NCBI GenBank assembly: GCA_030432315.1
Contig: JAUIHM010000003.1
Coordinates: 1,895-65,894 of the forward strand
DNA from: Alphaproteobacteria bacterium
GTDB taxonomy: Bacteria; Pseudomonadota; Alphaproteobacteria; Rhodobacterales; Rhodobacteraceae
Direction of reading: 5' to 3'
DNA length: 64,000 nucleotides
A model generated the notes under the pieces. The model did not search any database. It was not told the DNA's origin and was given only the letters and a program-made list of their open reading frames with translations. Of this stretch, positions 59,331 to 64,000 are shown in pieces. A program made the translations under genes and the position numbers. The stretch's first letter is position 1; each line of letters starts with the position of its first letter.

Positions 59331-60761
59331 TCATGGAATGCGAGACGCGCGGTTGGACAAGGCAGGACGGGGCCGCCATTCGAATTCGGGCTGAAACGGC
59401 CAGGAGGGCCTTACACGGTTGAGATTCTCAAGTCTGGGGATGTCCTGATTGACGGCGCCGTCGGTGAGCGCCATCAGGGCGGGCCGGGCCAGCGGGGCCA
59501 GTTCCGGCGAGAGATAGCCCGACTTTACCACCAGAAGTTTGACCGTGCCGGCATCAATGCCCAGTTTGTGAAAGTCTTCAAGGCGGTGGAATGGCCTGCG
59601 GTGTTCCGTCAGCACGATCTTTGTGCCGGCCATGGAGACCAGGACTTCCCGGCGCCCCTCGGGGCCGTGAATGCGTTCGACAAGAACATTTCCGATTACG
59701 GACGGACAGTTGCTGCCGAGGCTGCCGCCGATGGTCAAGATCACTTCCGCGCCCTCTCCTGCCTCGCAGGCGGCACGGGCGGCCGGGCGGTCGGTAATGC
59801 CGGCAAATACAGTCCCGGTGATATGACGCTGGATCACTTCATGCAGCACGTCGCTGCGGTCACCGACGCCGCCACCCGTCGGGTTGTCGCCGCTATCTGC
59901 AAGAATAACCGGGCCGGTCGCGCAGGATGCGGCAATGTCGAGACATGTTCCGAGGTCGGCGGTACGCACTCCGAAACTGAGATCGTTGCGTGCGTTCCAG
60001 TAGGATTGAGCGATTTCCGACGCCGTGCTTCTGATGTCGCCGGCTTCGGTTCCGGTCACGACCGCAGCAGCGGTGCCGCGCGGCGTATCGGCCCAGACGT
60101 AGCCGATCATCAGGTTGGCATCGCTGACGCCGGGGCGGTTCTGCATGTGGGGCAATGCTGCGTAGAGACCGCGGGCAGGTTCATCCACGGTGCTGGTTCT
60201 TTCACCGGGCAGCAAAACCGGGACGGTGGCCCATCCCACCATGTAACGGGTGCGCGTGCGAAGGGCATCGGTCAGCATCGTCAGCGCCCGGTTGTGGGTT
60301 GCGGCAACGTCGATGTGGGGTGCCGTGCGGTAGGCGGCAAAAATATCGATGGAGTCGATGATCCTCCCGGTGACGTTGCCATGAAGGTCATAGCTGACCG
60401 CCAGCGGCGTCGCCTCGCCGATCCGGGCGCGGACTGCGCTGATCCAGTCACCTTCGGCATCTTCGAGGCCTTGGACATGCATCGCCCCATGCATCAGCAA
60501 AAGCACCCCGTCGAATGGCCCGGCAGTCTGGAGCCGGTGCACAAACTCCTTGCGAAACGCCGCATAGGTCTGCGCACTGACCGGCCCGCCGGGCAAGGAA
60601 GAGGCGTGAAACAGGGGTACCGGCTCGACATCCGGAGCGAAGTGCAGGCCGGATGCCGCAATCAGGTCCGCACCTTCCCTGATCGCGAAGTCTTCCGACT
60701 TCTGAATCAATGGGTTGTAGGTCGAACATTCCGTGTGAATGCCGCCGACGGCGATTCGCAT
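59331..60761 (-). CDS. M81 family metallopeptidase (MlrC-like)
   Basis: HTECS, HGAM, DLHGN, YRTAPHID, DSGDNPTGG, VVKSGY. Confidence 0.9.
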   Translation of the reverse strand: MRIAVGGIHTECSTYNPLIQKSEDFAIREGADLIAASGLHFAPDVEPVPLFHASSLPGGPVSAQTYAAFRKEFVHRLQTAGPFDGVLLLMHGAMHVQGLEDAEGDWISAVRARIGEATPLAVSYDLHGNVTGRIIDSIDIFAAYRTAPHIDVAATHNRALTMLTDALRTRTRYMVGWATVPVLLPGERTSTVDEPARGLYAALPHMQNRPGVSDANLMIGYVWADTPRGTAAAVVTGTEAGDIRSTASEIAQSYWNARNDLSFGVRTADLGTCLDIAASCATGPVILADSGDNPTGGGVGDRSDVLHEVIQRHITGTVFAGITDRPAARAACEAGEGAEVILTIGGSLGSNCPSVIGNVLVERIHGPEGRREVLVSMAGTKIVLTEHRRPFHRLEDFHKLGIDAGTVKLLVVKSGYLSPELAPLARPALMALTDGAVNQDIPRLENLNRVRPSWPFQPEFEWRPRPALSNRASRIP

Positions 60762-60772
60762 GACTCGATCCC

Positions 60773-62683
60773 TCAGAGTTGGGGCATGTGGCGCGCGAGC
60801 GCCGCAAACCGGTTCCAGTCCTTGGTACTTTGAGGTGACCAGGCGGTTTCCGCCACGGCAGAAAGGCGCGGGAATACCATGTGGTTGAACAGAGCGCGGT
60901 CGTGAATGTGCTCGCACCAGATTCCGGCCTGGATCCCCTTCAGTGACGGCATTTCTGAAGCGGTCAGTCCTTCGTCCGGCAGGTAGGCGTAACAGGACTC
61001 GGGAGTGGAGACGCCGGCCCAACTGGCTCCGGGCTCCATCCATCCCGAGGCCTGGACCATGTCCATGTAGTAGGCTTGCCCAGGACTGGCGATGACGTCG
61101 TATCCAGCCTGGATCAGTCTGCGGATCACTGCGGGTTTCTGCCAAGCGACAAGCAGCGTGTCAAAGGGTTCAATTCCGCCGCCCTCGGACACTTCGTCCC
61201 ATCCCGTGAGCGTCTTGCCGAGGCTTCGAAGCATCTTCTGAACCCGGCGCATCAGATGCGCCTGTAGCTCCATGGTGCCGGAGAGCCCTTCGCTTTCCAT
61301 CAGTTCGATGGCGCGTGGTGAACTGAGCCAAGACCGGTGATCCACCTCGTCTCCCCCTACATGCAGCCACCTCGACGGGAACAGCGCTGCGGTTTCCGTC
61401 AGGACGGTTTCCAGGAACGCGTAGGTTTGCGGCAACGCTGGGTTGAGGGCATTGTTCGGATAACCCTGAATGGAACGGTAGCTGTCCGTCGTCTCATCCG
61501 GATCGCGCAGGTGCGGCAGTGCTGCGAGGGCGGCCGTCGCGTGACCGGGGACGTCGATTTCGGGTACCACATCGATGTTCAGGGATGCTGCATGGGAGAC
61601 GATCCGCCGTACATCCGCTGTTGAATAATATCCGCCACGGCTTCGCCAGATGTCGTTGTGCTGTCCGGGAAGGACGTGGGCAGGTCCGCGCACGGCGCCG
61701 GTCTGGGTGAGTTGCGGCAGGCTCGGGATCTCGAGCCGCCAGCCCTCGTCGTCGGTCAGGTGCCACTGCAGGATGTTCATTCTGTGCCAGGCGAGAATGT
61801 CGAGAAACCGCATGACTTCCTCGCGCGTCCAGAAGTGCCTGGATACGTCAAGGTGCGAACCCCGCCAGCTGAACCTTGGAATGTCATTGATCCGGCCCTC
61901 GGCGGGAAAGCTGAACCGGCTGCCGTCCGTCTGACAGCCGTGCAGGATCTGGGCCAGGGCGGTGAGGCCGTAGTCGCGGCCCGACGGGGTGCTGGAGGTG
62001 AGGGTGATACCGTTCGGGGAAAAGTCGAGAGTATAGGCGTCCGGTGCGCGGATTTCGTGCACAAAGGTGATCGGGACGCCGGTTCCGTCAAGGCGAAACG
62101 GGATCGGGCGTTCGGGAAAGAGGCGCCGTGACAACGCTGAGACGTGCGCAAGCGCCGCGAGATTTTTCGCATTTGTGTCCGGCGCCGGAACAAGAATCGG
62201 GCAGTCCTCCCGCCAGGCAGTGATTTCCAATTCGCGCGGCCAGGGGAGCATCGCGAGGGGTTGTGTAACGGCGCCGGCGGGCCAGATGCGCAGTTCACCG
62301 CTGTCAGGGCCGTCGAGGGCGAGGTCGCCGGTCAACACCCGTTGCGTGCTGCCGTTGGCGAGGGTCAGGCAGGCGGATTTCGGACCGTCCAACCGGTGCT
62401 TCGGTGCATGGCTGAGGCTGTGAACCGTTATAAGGTGACTTTCGCCCGGACCCAGTTCCGTCGCTCCGGGCAGGGCAACCTCGTGGAAGTTGCCAAACCG
62501 GGAGAGAAGGGTTGCGCCGGAAATGCTGGCGCCCTTCGGTATCCGCGTCAGCGCGGACCATGCGAGGCGGGCAGGGCGGATTGTCCGGTTTGAAATGTTT
62601 GTCAACGTAAGGTTGAACTTTCCAAACGTCGGCGCTTCAGCCGGCGAGTAGCGGGCGTCCAGCTGGAAATTGTACTGCGTCAT
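60773..62683 (-). CDS. Beta-N-acetylhexosaminidase (GH20)
   Basis: WRGSHLDVSRHF, HLTDDEGW, EIDVPGH, HVGGDE, WCEH, FPR. Confidence 0.93.
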   Translation of the reverse strand: MTQYNFQLDARYSPAEAPTFGKFNLTLTNISNRTIRPARLAWSALTRIPKGASISGATLLSRFGNFHEVALPGATELGPGESHLITVHSLSHAPKHRLDGPKSACLTLANGSTQRVLTGDLALDGPDSGELRIWPAGAVTQPLAMLPWPRELEITAWREDCPILVPAPDTNAKNLAALAHVSALSRRLFPERPIPFRLDGTGVPITFVHEIRAPDAYTLDFSPNGITLTSSTPSGRDYGLTALAQILHGCQTDGSRFSFPAEGRINDIPRFSWRGSHLDVSRHFWTREEVMRFLDILAWHRMNILQWHLTDDEGWRLEIPSLPQLTQTGAVRGPAHVLPGQHNDIWRSRGGYYSTADVRRIVSHAASLNIDVVPEIDVPGHATAALAALPHLRDPDETTDSYRSIQGYPNNALNPALPQTYAFLETVLTETAALFPSRWLHVGGDEVDHRSWLSSPRAIELMESEGLSGTMELQAHLMRRVQKMLRSLGKTLTGWDEVSEGGGIEPFDTLLVAWQKPAVIRRLIQAGYDVIASPGQAYYMDMVQASGWMEPGASWAGVSTPESCYAYLPDEGLTASEMPSLKGIQAGIWCEHIHDRALFNHMVFPRLSAVAETAWSPQSTKDWNRFAALARHMPQL

Positions 62684-63471
62684 TCGGTGTCCAATCGAAA
62701 ATCTGGAGATTGCGTAAAAGTTGCAGGGAGGGGTGCTGGCCCGGCGGTCAGGCCACAGTCGACAGGCAGGCATACGCCGGTGATCGACTGCGCGGCGGCG
62801 CTTGCCAGAAACCGAACGGCCGCGGCGATGTCGTCCGGTGTCGCGACCCGGCCCAGGGGATACCAGCGGCGGGCCTCGTCAAAAACCTTGGGGTTCTGTC
62901 TGGCACGCTCCGCCCAGGCGCGGGTGCGCACGGTGCCCGGTGCGACGGAATTGGCGCGCAGTCCGAAGCGGCCGTATTCGACCGCTAGGGAACGGGTAAA
63001 ATGTATCAGACCGGCCTTTGCCGCGCTGTAGGCGGGGTGGCCGTAAACACCGATGCCGTTGACCGAAGCGATGTTGATGACGTTGCCCGCCTGGCTGAGG
63101 TCGGTTTCCAGCGCCTTGAAACAGCTGACCGCCGCTTCGAGGTTGAGGCTCAGATCGGCACGGAGCCGATCAAGGTCCAGCGAATGCAGGCTGGGGTCGA
63201 GGGCTGCACCGGCATTGTTGACGAGAACCCGGACGGGTCCTTTCGACCGGGCGACATCTGCCATTTCCCGCACCGCCGCACTGTCGGTCACGTCACATGC
63301 AATGGCCGTGGCGATTCCGCCGGCGTCGGTGATCTCGCGGGCGGTGGCAGCCGCCGAACCGGCGTCGCGGTCAACCACCGCGACGGCATGGTCGGCGGCA
63401 AACGCCAGCGCGATTGCCCGGCCGATATCACCGCCTGCTCCGGTGACAACTGCGACGAATTGCGTGGGCAT
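62680..63471 (-). CDS. SDR family oxidoreductase
   Basis: TGAGGDIG, NNAG, YSAAK. Confidence 0.92.
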   Translation of the reverse strand: MPTQFVAVVTGAGGDIGRAIALAFAADHAVAVVDRDAGSAAATAREITDAGGIATAIACDVTDSAAVREMADVARSKGPVRVLVNNAGAALDPSLHSLDLDRLRADLSLNLEAAVSCFKALETDLSQAGNVINIASVNGIGVYGHPAYSAAKAGLIHFTRSLAVEYGRFGLRANSVAPGTVRTRAWAERARQNPKVFDEARRWYPLGRVATPDDIAAAVRFLASAAAQSITGVCLPVDCGLTAGPAPLPATFTQSPDFRLDTE

Positions 63472-63480
63472 CGGCAACCT

Positions 63481-63876
63481 TCAGCCTTTGGACGCGGGGG
63501 CCCTGTAGGCGACGCAGTCTACTTCAACTTTGCAGTCGACCATCATGCTGGCCTGGACGCAGGCGCGTGCAGGTGGGTATTCGCCAAAATACTCCCGGTA
63601 AACACCGTTGAAAGACCAGAAGTCCCTGGGATCGTCCAGCCAGACCCCGACCCGGACGACGTGCTCAAGGCCATAGCCGGCTTCCTCCAGAATCGCGACA
63701 ACGTTCTGAATGGCGAGATGGGTCTGGTCAACGATGCCATGCCCCACGATCTCGCCGTTCTTCATGGCGACCTGCCCGGAGACATGCAGCCAGCCGTCTG
63801 CTTCCACGGCCCGCGCGAACGGCAGATTCTGTCCGCCAGCGCCGGATTTTTCGGTGCCGTACCGGGTAATGCTCAT
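63481..63876 (-). CDS. RidA/YjgF family protein
   Basis: VSGQV, FNGVY, PPARACV, VEVD. Confidence 0.92.
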   Translation of the reverse strand: MSITRYGTEKSGAGGQNLPFARAVEADGWLHVSGQVAMKNGEIVGHGIVDQTHLAIQNVVAILEEAGYGLEHVVRVGVWLDDPRDFWSFNGVYREYFGEYPPARACVQASMMVDCKVEVDCVAYRAPASKG

Positions 63877-64000
63877 GGGCGTGTTCCTCCTTTTTGGTCG
63901 TAGTGCGTTTATTGAACGTCCCGGTCAATTCATCCTTTGATCGCGGCCAATGCAATCGGAAAACAGTGCAGCCGCAGCTGTTCCTCCCTGTCGGAGCATT

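Noticed and set aside
63937-63950. FNR-like site TTGAT-N4-GCCAA upstream of ridA
   Set aside because: Mismatched half-site with no supporting context at the window edge

Overview
64 kb of an alphaproteobacterial chromosome (Rhodobacterales/Paracoccaceae-like gene order). Core blocks are cckA(3' part)-recA-alaS-DUF1330/icd/trmJ-ctaA, rplM-rpsI, hemD-COG4223-hemY, tsaD-gpsA-yciI-EVE, ahcY, cnoX-LON-Trm112, tlpA/argH-lptM-lysA-DUF4175, ftsEX-plsC and accA. An accessory stretch at about 9.2-24 kb carries a dcm-vsr-EcoRII-like operon, a divergent MurA paralog, a sulfatase, a BNR-repeat protein and a VPLPA-CTERM surface protein. A RidA-SDR-GH20-M81 catabolic cluster sits at the right end. No rRNA, tRNA, CRISPR array, integrase or transposase was recognised. 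The best lead is the dcm-vsr-EcoRII-like operon. Its leader holds a perfect alphaproteobacterial LexA box (same form as the one at recA), CtrA-like half-sites, four 11-bp-phased repeats and three CCWGG sites. Its MTase lacks the N-terminal autoregulatory extension, and its nuclease appears to have lost a catalytic Glu. This suggests a restriction-modification module domesticated into an SOS-linked methylation system. The second lead is a promoter-to-terminator, highly structured ~260-nt ncRNA/leader candidate at about 37.0-37.27 kb. All calls are by-eye motif recognition; no database searches were run, and start codons were adjusted by RBS and homology reasoning.
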